This document shows, piece after piece, positions 47,986 through 61,781 of a DNA stretch of 64,000 nt. The notes below the pieces were generated by a model. The model saw only the letters and a list, made by a program, of their open reading frames with translations. It made no database searches and was not told where the DNA came from. The DNA comes from Malacoraja senta (lineage: Eukaryota). Where the stretch lies: positions 3,536,001 through 3,600,000 of the forward strand of contig CM075996.1 of the NCBI GenBank assembly GCA_038087875.1, read 5' to 3'. How positions within the stretch are numbered: the stretch's first letter is position 1; each line of letters begins with the position of its first letter. Made by a program: the position numbers and the translations under genes.

Positions 47986-50900
47986 GTGGCCTTCATGAAC
48001 TGGTTAATATCATATGATGCGAGACTGATGCATTGTTGCGGTGGACAGTGCAGTCCAGACCAGTTGAGAGTTACTGACTTCACCCAGGGATGTTGCATTC
48101 TAGCTCTGTTTCTGTCTGACTGCCTGGGTTTCAGCAACATGAGAGAAACCCTCAGGCCCTATACCCAGTGCCTCTGCAAATAGTCACCACCGTCCCACCA
48201 TGTCCAATTAGTGAGGAGACCAGGACATCCATGCCTTGAGATATTAAAGTACAGATAGGATGTAAAGTTGTGCTGTTGGACACCAGACTTCCAATTATGA
48301 GCTCCTGACCGCTTTCAGAGCTGAGCGATTGCACTGTGCTTAATTTAACCATAGGTCACTCATTGTTAAAACCATTAGTCGGGGTCAGGACAAGGAAAGG
48401 CTTGAACCACCCCAGCATGTCCCAGAGAAGCCTCCAGCTGAGGAAGCACGGTCACCATTGTGAGGAAGCACAGCAGTCAAAGTCATCTCAACAAGACCCC
48501 AACAATGTGTTAAATCCCAAATTAAGAATCTTCCCACAGTCGAGTTGTGTGTCAGGGACCCACTGTCGTGTGTGAGTCACGGTCTGCTTGCGCTCTGTGT
48601 GTGACAGCTTGGAGCTGTCGTCAGATAATGTGCGCAGGTTTGCTGGATGTTTCTTTGTTAGCAGTCGGTAAGCGATGAGGGAGCCTGCTCCGTCCTTCTT
48701 GTGGAACTGAGGAGGACTGAGATGAGGAGAAACCTTTTCACCCAGAGAGTTGCAGACCTGTGGAATTCTCTGCCACAGAAGGCAGTGGAGGAAAATTCAC
48801 TGGATATTTTCAAGAGAGAGTTAGATGTAGCTCTTAGGGCTAAGGGAATCAAGGGATATGGGGAAAAAGCAGGAATGGGGTACTGATTTCGGATGATCAT
48901 ATTGGATGGCGGCGCTGGCTCGAAGGGCCGAATGGCACCTATTTTCTATGTTTCTATGTTTCTAACACAAATGCTCGTAGAGTGAAGCTAATAGCCAACG
49001 GTTGCCACTGGATAATGCAGCTAATGTTTGCGTGCATGGTTGCAACCAATGATGGCAGCTGACGATTGGGATAATGAACGCCATCAGTGTCTGTGGCTTT
49101 GATTGGGTCAGTGGTCATAAGGTCATGTGGTAGGAGCAGAATAGGAGCCATTCGGCCCATCAAGTCTACTCCACCATTCAATCATGGCTGATCTATCTCT
49201 CCCTCCTAACCCCATTCTCCAGCCTTCTCCCCATAACCCCTGACACCTGTACTGATCAAACTCTTCCATGCCAAGCCCTTGTGGTGGGGGTGGGGGTGGG
49301 GGGTTGGGTGGGAGGGGAAGAAAGTTGGAAGAGGGGAGAGACAGGACAAGGCATGGCAGGGGAGGGGCAGATTCCCCCCCACATCAGATCATAAGTTCAT
49401 AAGTTATAGGAGCAGAATTAGGCCATTCTGCCCATCAAGTCTACTCCACCATTCAATCATGGCTGATCTACCTCTCCCTCCTAACCACATTCTCCTGCCT
49501 TCTCCCCATAACCTCTGACACCCGTACTAATCAAAATCCATCTATCTCTGCCTTAAAAATATCCACTGACTTGGCCTCCATAGCCTTCTGTGGCAAAGAA
49601 TTCCACAGATTCACCACCCTCTGACTAAAGATCGGTGTTGATCGCAGCAAACGATGAGATAACCCTCATGCTTGGAATGCTGCAGGCTGTTCTGGGAGTC
49701 AGGAAAGGGATGGTGCAGCTGTTGAGTTGAAAGAGAAGAGGAACCAGAATGATAGAAGGCATGGAGGGAATTGTTGGGATGAATCGGACATTCCCATACT
49801 GGATAAATGAGGTTTGGAGCTCCGATAGGTTCTATTTCAAGGATTCTGAAGGAACTAGATATGATAGTGGCAGTTAAGCAGCTTTTAGATAGGCACATGG
49901 ATAGCCAGGGAATGGAGGGAAGTCCTAGATCCTAAAGGGCCTGTCCCACTGTACGAGGTAATTCAAGAGTTCTCCCGAGTTCTCTGAGATACTTCATATC
50001 TTTCCACACCCCTCACCCAGTTCTGAAACAATTAATTTCCAGGGTTATGTTGCACCATATACTTGTAATAAGTCGATAAAAGGAGACTAAATCTTTAAGA
50101 ATTGGTCTGCTTTACCTGCTAGGACGAATCTCATATCTTCGAGGTGTGGAAATAATTAAGTGATATTTACTCTTGTCTAAAGCAAATTTATTTTGAAAAA
50201 TCATTTATCACAACAAAATACCTGAAATTTGAGACCTGCAATGGGAAACGTTGGGAGTTCTAAGAAGAAGCAATATATTGTCCACTTTGGGGACAAATGC
50301 AGTTGTTGATTAATCCCTGCCAGAAAGCTAAGCATCTTGTTCCTTTCATCACTTGCGGTTTCATGAAGGAACTAAGTTATTAAATTTAACGCAGTCTTCA
50401 TATCACAGAGGGGAAAATGATCCCCATTCCAACTTGTTCAAAGTTCATTTAATTAAGATGGAAAATGCTGAGAATACTCAGCAAGTCAGGAGGCGTCTGT
50501 GGGGAGAGAACAGAATTAAGACTACACCTAAAAGAGGCACAAAATGCTGGAATAACTCAGTGGGTCAGTCAGCATCACTGGAGAAAAGGAATAGGTCGGA
50601 AGAAGACTCTCGACCCGAAACATCACCCATTCCTTCTCTCCAGAGATGCTGCCTGTCCCGCTGAGTTACTCCAATATTTTGTGTCTGGTTTAAACCAGCA
50701 TCTGCAGTTCCTCCCTCCGCATTAAGACTACACGGTGCTTTGTGACACTGAGATCCCTGTGCTATACAAGTCAGATCTCTTGATCGTTTGCTACAGGTAA
50801 CCATGTCCTTAGTTGCTGTAGCTCTAAGCTCTGGAAAGCCATCCTTAAATCTTTCTCCTTCAGAACACTCCTTAAAATCTCCCTTCGACCAAGCTTTTTA

Positions 50901-51324
50901 CTGGATGCCCAACCATGTCCTTATGTGATTCAGTGCTGGATTTTGTTTGATATTATTCTTGTGAAGCTGCTGTTGTCTGTCCAGTTATGATTTTTTTTTT
51001 TTTTAACTGGATTCACATTCTCGTGCTGCCAGGGTAGAATTTTAATCAACACTCTCTGCGATATAACTCCAGGGCGGAACCGTACAGTCTGAATAAAAAT
51101 CAGGTGCTGAGAATACGAAATGAAAAGAAAAAATGCTCAGCAGGACCGGCAGTGTGTTTCAACGTTTTAGGCTGAAGACCCTTTGCCACATAGATGATCT
51201 GGCATAAAAACACAGATGCACCATAGAAATCCCAACATTTAAGAAACAGTCAGTCAGGTACATGGACAGGACAGGTTTGGAGGGATATAGGCCAAACGCG
51301 GGCAGGTGGGACTAGTGTAGCTGG

Positions 51325-51638
51325 GACAATAGACAATAGACAATAGGTGCAGGAGTAGGCCATTCGGCCCTTTGAGCCAGCACCGCCATTCAATGTGATC
51401 ATGGCTGATCATCCCCAATCAGTACCCCGTTCCTGCCTTCTCCCCATATCCCCTGACTCCGTTATTTTTAAGAGCCCTCTCGAGCTCTCTCTTGAAAGCA
51501 TCCAGAGAACCTGCCTCCACTGCCCTCTGAGGCAGAGAATTCCACAGACTCACCACTCTCTGTGAGAAAAAGTGTTTCCTCGTCTCCGTTCGAAATGGCT
51601 TACTCCTTATTCTTAAACTGTGTGGCCCCTGGTTCTGG
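51325..51638 (-). mobile_element. CR1 3' fragment (duplicate at ~59331-59647)
   Basis: GACAATA tail; ORF 51419..51643. Confidence 0.9.
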
Positions 51639-52162
51639 GACATGTCCGGTATGGGCAGGTTGGGCCGAAGGGCCTGTTTCCACGCCGTGTGACTCTATGA
51701 CTAATGGGACGGAGAAGAAAGCTGGCAGGCAACTGGAAGATTATGGTTGCCCCTGTTGACATTGCATTCCTTCTTATTATCGTTATGTCTATTAACGGGA
51801 GTAATTGCTGATGGTTGTTTGAAGAATTGATTCCATTGACCGAATCTTCCTGGTCTCCTTTGAAGCTGAATTTGGACAATCGTTCCGGCTGGTTCCTGGC
51901 TCTGGGATCTGTGGCAGCGAGAGATGGGATATAAAAGGACAGTTTCGTAGAATTCGACCATGTCAGCAATTGTGGCAGCGATCTGTTGATAAAGGTGTCA
52001 ATGTGCTAATTAAGAAGCTTTATCTGGGGCTGGGTGTGAGGGGCTGAGGCCAGGAAAGCTGGATCGAAGAGCTGGCAATCTGTTCAGTTCTATAATTAAA
52101 ATACTTGAATCTCATTCAAGAGAAATCTGACTTGAATTACAACAGGTTACAAAATATCTGAA

Positions 52163-52452
52163 GGCACGATGTCGCAGCGGTAGAGTAGCTGCCTTCTACG
52201 CGACGGGGACCCGGGTTCCATCCTGACCACAGGTGCTCTCTGTGCAGAGTTTGTACGTTCTCCCCGTCACCTCCGAGATCTTCGGTTTCCTCCCACACTC
52301 TAAAAACGCACAGGTTTGTAAGTTAATTGGCTTGGTATAATTGTAAATTGTCCCTAGTGTGTGCAGGATAGTGTTAGTGTGCGGGGATCGCTTGTTGGCG
52401 TGGACTCGGTGGGCCGAAGGGCCTGTTTCCGTGCTGTATTTCTGAACTAAAC
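52163..52452 (+). mobile_element. Near full-length tRNA-derived V-SINE (HE1-like); duplicate at 60173-60462
   Basis: A box TGTCGCAGCGG (52170-52180), B box GGTTCCATCC (52214-52223), V-domain, CR1-like tail GGGCCGAAGGGCCTGTTTCCGTGCTGTAT. Confidence 0.85.
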
Positions 52453-53990
52453 CATAACAAAGGGCATAGGAATTCAATCAGACTGCACCCTTTATCTCAG
52501 CCGCATGCGAATGGAAAAGTATATCAGACGGTGTGAAATATGATTAATATTGATATTGGCGTGGGTCTATTATCGATACAAGTTGTGAGATACAGTGAAA
52601 ACCTGCCAATTGAATCAGATCATACGATACACGAGTACAATGAAGCCACACACACGTACAGCAGATAGTGCAAAGAGAACAATTCCAGACTTCAGAATAT
52701 GGTGTGACAGCATTGTCACGTTCCAGTTCCAGAGAAATAGTCCAAGTGTCGATAGGGGTGGGGGGGGGGGATCAGATTTGTCAGCCACACTTCATCATTT
52801 TGTCTATATTTCCTTTCCTTCTAAAGGAAACAGAAACTTCAAGCTCTGTTTTAATTCTTTAAATGTTGGCCTTTGCTGATTGACTATCGGACTCTCTCAT
52901 GCGGTTTTCTCAAAGCACCAGAGCACAAATCACGCTTTATGCCTTTCTCGGTTTGTCTTATTTAGATTTACGACCCTGGCTTCAGATTGAACTAAATCTC
53001 TCCCTATCTTTACAAAACAATTCTATTATATGATCATCACTGTGTCCCTGAGGGCTGCTTAACTACCAGATCATCAATTAGCCATTTCTCATTGCTCAGT
53101 TGTAGGTCTAAAGTGACCCTGTTGCCTCAATGGTGTATCAACATACTGATCTGGGATAACCGTCCATTATACTATCCATAAATTCATCAATCACGCTCTT
53201 AACGCCAATTTATTTTGCCCGATCAATGCTGATTAAGATCCCCATGACAATTGCACTCCTATTTTTACATGCAACTCTTAAGTTCCTGATTTATACTTCA
53301 ACATACGGTAGCACTACAGGTTGGGGATCTTTCTACAATGTCCACTGATGTTTCTGCACCCTGCTACACCTCAGCTATACCCACCACGCGACTCTGTCTA
53401 CTGTCTCAGTGTACCACTGCTATACACTTGTAATGCATCTGAGATTCCTATCTGATATGTATGCAAGTGCTTGTGTATAGTGATACTTGTACTGAACGGT
53501 ACGGTGACAGCTAACCGGGTCCGATCCCGACTACGGGTGCTTGTCTGTACGGAGTTAGTGCGTTCTCCCCGTGACCTGCCTGAGCTTTCTCCAAGATCTT
53601 TGGTTTCCTCCCACACTCCAAAGACATACAAGTTTGTCGGTCATTTGGCTCGGTGTAAATGTAACATTGTCACTAGAGTGTGCAGGGTAGCGTTAACGTG
53701 CGGGGATCGCTGGTCGGCGCGGACTCGGCGGGCCGAAGGGCCTGCTTTTGTCCATCGCGTCTAAAAGGTAATAGCCCTGTCCCACAGTACGAGTTCATTC
53801 CAAGAGCTCTCCCGAGTTTAAAAAAAAATCAAACTCGTGGTAAGCACGGAGAATGAACGTAGCGGGTACGTCGGAGCTCGGGGACGTCTCTTGGAGCTAA
53901 CGGCAGGTACTCCTGAAGACTCGCTAACGGCAGGTAAGCACGGGAAGACTCGTGAAGATTTTTCAACATGATGAAAAATGTCCACGAGAG

Positions 53991-54190
53991 NNNNNNNNNN
54001 NNNNNNNNNNNNNNNNNNNNNNNNNNNNNNNNNNNNNNNNNNNNNNNNNNNNNNNNNNNNNNNNNNNNNNNNNNNNNNNNNNNNNNNNNNNNNNNNNNNN
54101 NNNNNNNNNNNNNNNNNNNNNNNNNNNNNNNNNNNNNNNNNNNNNNNNNNNNNNNNNNNNNNNNNNNNNNNNNNNNNNNNNNNNNNNNNN
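53991..54190. other. Assembly gap (200 N)
   Basis: Run of N. Confidence 1.
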
Positions 54191-56402
54191 GTGTCTGCGT
54201 GTGTGCGGTGTGTTTTGCGTGCGTGTGATGTGTTTGCACGTGTTTGCGTGTGTGGTGCGTTTACATGTGTGTGTGGTGTGTTTGCATGTGTGTGGTGTGT
54301 TTGCGTGTGTGTGTGTGCCTGTGGTGTGTTTGCATGTGGCGTGTTTGCGTGTGTGTGTGTGTGTGTGTGTGTATGCATGTGTGTGTGTGTGTGTGGTGTG
54401 TATGCATGTGTGTTTTTGCATGTGTGTGTGTGTTTGCATGTGCGCATGTGTGGCCTTCATGAACTGGTTAATATCATATGATGCGAGACTGATGCATTGT
54501 TGCGGTGGACAGTGCAGTCCAGACCAGTTGAGAGTTACTGACTTCACCCAGGGATGTTGCATTCTAGCTCTGTTTCTGTCTGACTGCCTGGGTTTCAGCA
54601 ACATGAGAGAAACCCTCAGGCCCTATACCCAGTGCCTCTGCAAATAGTCACCACCGTCCCACCATGTCCAATTAGTGAGGAGACCAGGACATCCATGCCT
54701 TGAGATATTAAAGTACAGATAGGATGTAAAGTTGTGCTGTTGGACACCAGACTTCCAATTATGAGCTCCTGACCGCTTTCAGAGCTGAGCGATTGCACTG
54801 TGCTTAATTTAACCCATAGGTCACTCATTGTTAAAACCATTAGTCGGGGTCAGGACAAGGAAAAGGCTTGAACCACCCCAGCATGTCCCAGAGAAGCCTC
54901 CAGCTGAGGAAGCACGGTCACCATTGTGAGGAAGCACAGCAGTCAAAGTCATCTCAACAAGACCCCAACAATGTGTTAAATCCCAAATTAAGAATCTTCC
55001 CACAGTCGAGTTGTGTGTCAGGGACCCACTGTCGTGTGTGAGTCACGGTCTGCTTGCGCTCTGTGTGTGACAGCTTGGAGCTGTCGTCAGATAATGTGCG
55101 CAGGTTTGCTGGATGTTTCTTTGTTAGCAGTCGGTAAGCGATGAGGGAGCCTGCTCCGTCCTTCTTGTGGAACTGAGGAGGACTGAGATGAGGAGAAACC
55201 TTTTCACCCAGAGAGTTGCGAACCTGTGGAATTCTCTGCCACAGAAGGCAGTGGAGGAAAATTCACTGGATGTTTTCAAGAGAGAGTTAGATGTAGCTCT
55301 TATGGCTAAGGGAATCAAGGGATATGGGGAAAAAGCAGGAACGGGGTACTGATTTCGGATGATCATATTGAATGACGGTGTTGGCTCGAAGGGCCGAATG
55401 GCACCTATTTTCTATGTTTCTATGTTTCTAACACCAATGCTCGTAGAGTGAAGCTAATAGCCAATGGTTGCCACTGGATAATGCAGCTAATGTTTGCGTG
55501 CATGGTTGCAACCAATGATGGCAGCTGACGATTGGGATAATGAACGCCATCAGTGTCTGCGGCTTTGATTGGGTCAGTGGTCATAAGGTCATGTGCTAGG
55601 AGCAGAATAGGAGACATTCGGCCCATCAAGTCTACTCCACCATTCAATCATGGCTGATCTATCTCTCCCTCCTAACCCCATTCTCCAGCCTTTCTCCCCA
55701 TAACCCCTGACACCTGTACTGATCAAACTCTTCCATGCCAAAGCCCTTGTGGTGGGGGTGGGGGTGGGGGTTGGGTGGGAGGGGAAGAAAGTTGGAAGAG
55801 GGGAGAGACAGGACAAGGCATGGCAGGGGAGGGGCAGATTCCCCCCCACATCAGATCATAAGTTCATAAGTTATAGGAGCAGAATTAGGCCATTCTGCCC
55901 ATCAAGTCTACTCACCATTCAATCATGGCTGATCTACCTCTCCTCCTAACCACATTCTCCTGCCTTCTCCCCATAACCTCTGACACCCGTACTAATCAAA
56001 ATCCATCTATCTCTGCCTTAAAAATATCCACTGACTTGGCCTCCATAGCCTTCTGTGGCAAAGAATTCCACAGATTCACCACCCTCTGACTAAAGATCGG
56101 TGTTGATCGCAGCAAATGATGAGATAACCCTCATGCTTGGAATGCTGCAGGCTGTTCTGGGAGTCAGGAAAGGGATGGTGCAGCTGTTGAATTGAAAGAG
56201 AAGAGGAACCAGAATGATGGAAGGCATGGAGGGAATTGTTGGGATGAATCGGACATTCCCATACTGGATAAATGTGGTTTCGAGCTCCGATATGTTCTGT
56301 TTCAAGGATTCTGAAGGAACTAGATATGATAGTGGCATTTAAGCAGCTTTTAGATAGGCACATGGATAGCCAGGGAATGGAGGGAGTCCTAGATGCTAGA
56401 TA

Positions 56403-56762
56403 AGGGCCTGTCCCACTGTATAAGGTAATTCAAGAGTTCTCCCGAGTTTTCCCCTGATTCGAACTCGGAGGATGTCCGTAGCAGGTCCGTAGGAGTTCGT
56501 GGATGTCCCGTAGCTGCTCGTACGAGTAAAAACTAATCATTTTTTTCATCAGGAGCATTTTTTTAACTTGTGGACATTTTTCACGGTGTTGAAAAAACGT
56601 CACGAGTTTACCGGATTTCCCGAGTACCTACCGTGACTCGTACGAGCCGCTACGAGACATCCACGGACCCGCTACGGACCCGCTACGGACATTCTCCGAG
56701 TTCGAATCAGGGGGAAAACACGGGAGAACTCTTGAATTACCTCGTACAGTGGGACAGGCCCT
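56403..56762. mobile_element. PIF/Harbinger-like MITE
   Basis: TIRs AGGGCCTGTCCCACTGTA...GGTAATTCAAGAGTTCTCCCG / CGGGAGAACTCTTGAATTACCTCGTACAGTGGGACAGGCCCT; TAA flank. Confidence 0.85.
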
Positions 56763-59700
56763 TAAATCCTAGATCCTTGACCCTCGATCAGTGCAGCACA
56801 GGAACAGGGGCTGTGGTCCCACAATGTCTGTGTGGAACATAATTTCAAGATCTCTGTCTGCGCATAATCCACATCCATGTATGACCATGTGCCTATCCAA
56901 AGCCTCTTACATGCCAACAACACCACACCACCACCACTGGCAGCACCTTCAAGGCATTCATCGCCCTCTGTTCTAGATAACATTGTCCAGTTTATGCTCT
57001 TTAACCTTCTCGAGAACAGTGGAAGCAGAGGGCACAGTCTTCACTTAAAAAGGCTGAATTCAGATCTCATCTGCAGAAGCTTTATTTCAGTTAATCTATC
57101 GCGCAGGTGTGGAAACAATTTTTTTATTTTTTATTTTTATTTTTTATTAATATTTTTATTAGAAGCAATGTACAGTAGTATAAACCGTGCATAACATAAC
57201 ACATTTCGTGTACAGCTTCTTGTTTTAAATTTAATAATAGAGAAGTATCAGAAGCAAGAAAGAGAGGGAAAGAGAAAGTTAAGTAAAGTAGTGATATTGA
57301 TAGTTCGTAAAAGAACCCGTAGAGATATAAAGAAAGTGTAAAAGCTAATCCGTGACTGGGTGAGGAATGGTCAAGATTATAAATACGATCTCCTTACTTC
57401 TCTTTTCTTTTTCTTCTCTTTTCTTCTTTTACTCTTTTTCTTCTATTTTCTATTTCTTAACTTTCTTCTTTCACTCTCTATTTTTCTTTTTCACACACTA
57501 TATATCTCAAATTTTTCTATTCTTCATTATCTAACTTCTTTTTCTTTTTCTTCTTTATTACAAAATTAAAAAAAATAAGAGCTGTACATAAAATGTATTA
57601 TGAAAATATGATTGTATACAATTGTACTTCTAATAAAAATAAATAATTAATAAAAAATTTAAAAAAGGGGATATAAAGAAAGAGAAACAAAAGAGAGAAA
57701 AAACAAAAGCAAAAATAGATAATAAATAAAAAAAAATTAAAAATAAAAAAGGGATGGGATGAATCGGACATTCCCATACTGGATAAATGAGGTTTGGTTC
57801 TGTTTCAAGGATTCTGAAGGAACTAGATATGATAGTGGCAGATAAGCAGCTTTTAGATAGGCACATGGATAGCCAGGGAATGGAGGGAAGTCCTAGATCC
57901 TAGATCCTAAAGGGCCTGTCCCACTGTACGAGGTAATTCAAGAGTTCTCCCGAGTTCTCTGAGATACTTCATATCTTTCCACACCCCTCACCCAGTTCTG
58001 AAACAATTAATTTCCAGGGTTATGTTGCACCATATACTTGTAATAAGTCGATAAAAGGAGACCAAAATCTTTAAGAATTGGTCTGCTTTACCTGCTAGGA
58101 CGAATCTCATATCTTCGAGGTGTGGAAATAGTTAAGTGATATTTACTCTTGTCTAAAGCAAATTTATTTTGAAAAATCATTTATCACAACAAAATACCTG
58201 GAATTTGAGACCTGCAATGGGAAACGTTGGGAGTTCTAAGAAGAAGCAATATATTGTCCACTTTGGGGACAAATGCAGTTGTTGATTAATCCCTGCCAGA
58301 AAGCTAAGCATCTTGTTCCTTTCATCACTTGCGGTTTCATGAAGGAACCTAAGTTATTAAATTTAACGCAGTCTTCATATCACAGAGGGGAAAATGATCC
58401 CCATTCCAACTTGTTCAAAGTTCATTTAATTAAGATGGAAAATGCTGAGAATACTCAGCAAGTCAGGAGGCGTCTGTGGGGGAGAGAACAGAATTAAGAC
58501 TACACCTAAAAGAGGCACAAAATGCTGGAATAACTCAGTGGGTCAGTCAGCATCACTGGAGAAAAGGAATAGGTCGGAAGAAGACTCTCGACCCGAAACA
58601 TCACCCATTCCTTCTCTCCAGAGATGCTGCCTGTCCCGCTGAGTTACTCCAATATTTTGTGTCTGGTTTAAACTAGCATCTGCAGTTCCTCCCTCCGCAT
58701 TAAGACTACACGGTGCTTTGCGACACTGAGATCCCTGTGCTATACAAGTCAGATCTCTTGACTATCTGCAGTTTTAATCGCTTGCTACAGGTGACCATGT
58801 CCTTAGTTGCTGTAGCTCTAAGCTCTGGAAAGCCATCCTTAAATCTTTCTCCTTCAGAACACTCCTTAAAATCTCCCTTCGACTAAGCTTTTTACTGGAT
58901 GCCCAACCATGTCCTTATGTGATTCAGTGCTGGATTTTGTTTGATATTATTCTTGTGAAGCTGCTGTTGTCTGTCCAGTTATGATTTTTTTTTTTTTAAC
59001 TGGATTCACATTCTCGTGCTGCCAGGGTAGAATTTTAATCAACACTCTCTGCGATATAACTCCAGGGCGGAACCGTACAGTCTGAATAAAAATCAGGTGC
59101 TGAGAATACGAAATGAAAAGAAAAAATGCTCAGCAGGACCGGCAGTGTGTTTCAACGTTTTAGGCTGAAGACCCTTTGCCACATAGATGATCTGGCATAA
59201 AAACACAACCAATTTCTACAGATGCACCATAGAAATCCCAACATTTAAGAAACAGTCAGACAGGTACATGGACAGGACAGGTTTGGAGGGATATAGGCCA
59301 AACGCGGGCAGGTGGGACTAGTGTAGCTGGGACAATAGACAATAGACAATAGGTGCAGGAGTAGGCCATTCGGCCCTTCGAGCCAGCACCGCCATTCAAT
59401 GTGATCATGGCTGATCATCCCCAATCAGTACCCCGTTCCTCCCTTCTCCCCATATCCCCTGACTCCGTTATTTTTAAGAGCCCTCTCTAGCTCTCTCTTG
59501 AAAGCATCCAGAGAACCTGCCTCCACCGCCCTCTGAGGCAGAGAATTCCACAGACTCACCACACTCTGGGAGAAAAAGTGTTTCCTCGTCTCCGTTCGAA
59601 ATGGCTTACTCCTTTATTCTTAAACTGTGTGTGGCCCCTGGTTCTGGGACATGTCAGGTATGGGCAGGTTGGGCCGAAGGGCCTGTTTCCACGCCGTGTG

Positions 59701-61781
59701 ACTCTATGACTAATGGGACGGAGAAGAAAGCTGGCAGGCAACTGGAAGATTATGGGTTGCCCCTGTTGACATTGCATTCCTTCTTATTATCGTTATGTCT
59801 ATTAACGGGAGCAATTCCTGATGGTTGTTTGAAGAATTGATTCCATTGACCGAATCTTCCTGGTCTCCTTTGAAGCTGCATTTGGACAATCGTTCCGGCT
59901 GGTTCCTGGCTCTGGGATCTGTGGCAGCGAGAGATGGATATAAAAGGACAGTTTCGTAGAATTCGACCATGTCAGCAATTGTGGCAGCGATCTGTTGATA
60001 AAGGTGTCAATGTGCTAATTAAGAAGCTTTATCTGGGGCTGGGTGTGAGGGGCTGAGGCCAGGAAAGCTGGATCGAAGAGCTGGCAATCTGTTCAGTTCT
60101 ATAATTAAAAATACTTGAATCTCATTCAAGAGAAATCTGACTTGAATTACAACAGGTTACAAAATATCTGAAGGCACGATGTCGCAGCGGTAGAGTAGCT
60201 GCCTTCTACGCGACGGGGACCCGGGTTCCATCCTGACCACAGGTGCTCTCTGTGCAGAGTTTGTACGTTCTCCCCGTCACCTCCGAGATCTTCGGTTTCC
60301 TCCCACACTCTAAAAACGCACAGGTTTGTAAGTTAATTGGCTTGGTATAATTGTAAATTGTCCCTAGTGTGTGCAGGATAGTGTTAGTGTGCGGGGATCG
60401 CTTGTTGGCGTGGACTCGGTGGGCCGAAGGGCCTGTTTCCGTGCTGTATTTCTGAACTAAACCATAACAAAGGGCATAGGAATTCAATCAGACTGCACCC
60501 TTTATCTCAGCCGCATGCGAATGGAAAAGTATATCAGACGGTGTGAAATATGATTAATATTGATATTGGCGTGGGTCTATTATCGATACAAGTTGTGAGA
60601 TACAGTGAAAACCTGCCAATTGAATCAGATCATACGATACACGAGTACAATGAAGCCACACACACGTACAGCAGATAGTGCAAAGAGAACAATTCCAGAC
60701 TTCAGAATATGGTGTGACAGCATTGTCACGTTCCAGTTCCAGAGAAATAGTCCAAGTGTCGATAGGGGTGGGGGGAGGGGGTCAGATTTGTCAGCCACAC
60801 TTCATCATTTTGTCTATATTTCCTTTCCTTCTAAAGGAAACAGAAACTTCAAGCTCTGTTTTAATTCTTTAAATGTTGGCCTTTGCTGATTGACTATCGG
60901 ACTCTCTCATGCGGTTTTCTCAAAGCACCAGAGCACAAATCACGCTTTATGCCTTTCTCGGTTTGTCTTATTTAGATTTACGACCCTGGCTTCAGATTGA
61001 ACTAAATCTCTCCCTATCTTTACAAAACAATTCTATTATATGATCATCACTGTGTCCCTGAGGGCTGCTTAACTACCAGATCATCAATTAGCCATTTCTC
61101 ATTGCTCAGTTGTAGGTCTAAAGTGACCCTGTTGCCTCAATGGTGTATCAACATACTGATCTGGGATAACCGTCCATTATACTATCCATAAATTCATCAA
61201 TCACGCTCTTAACGCCAATTTATTTTGCCCGATCAATGCTGATTAAGATCCCCATGACAATTGCACTCCTATTTTTACATGCAACTCTTAAGTTCCTGAT
61301 TTATACTTCAACATACGGTAGCACTACAGGTTGGGGATCTTTCTACAATGTCCACTGATGTTTCTGCACCCTGCTACACCTCAGCTATACCCACCACGCG
61401 ACTCTGTCTACTGTCTCAGTGTACCACTGCTATACACTTGTAATGCATCTGAGATTCCTATCTGATATGTATGCAAGTGCTTGTGTATAGTGATACTTGT
61501 ACTGAACGGTACGGTGACAGCTAACCGGGTCCGATCCCGACTACGGGTGCTTGTCTGTACGGAGTTAGTGCGTTCTCCCCGTGACCTGCCTGAGCTTTCT
61601 CCAAGATCTTTGGTTTCCTCCCACACTCCAAAGACATACAAGTTTGTCGGTCATTTGGCTCGGTGTAAATGTAACATTGTCACTAGAGTGTGTAGGGTAG
61701 CGTTAACGTGCGGGGATCGCTGGTCGGCGCGGACTCGGTGGGCCGAAGGGCCTGCTTTTGTCCATCGCGTCTAAAAGGTAA

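Noticed and set aside
47337..48183. Longest ORFs (233-267 aa), rich in H/T or C/V
   Set aside because: Stop-free read-through of a TG satellite in several frames; the same applies to 10603-11059, 53818-54647 (includes Ns) and 62585-63880.
51613..51969. 118 aa minus-strand ORF in unique sequence
   Set aside because: The frame is broken in the duplicate copy and runs into SINE/CR1 sequence; more likely non-coding.
52163..52240. tRNA gene
   Set aside because: The A/B boxes belong to a SINE head and continue into the V-domain; no full cloverleaf.
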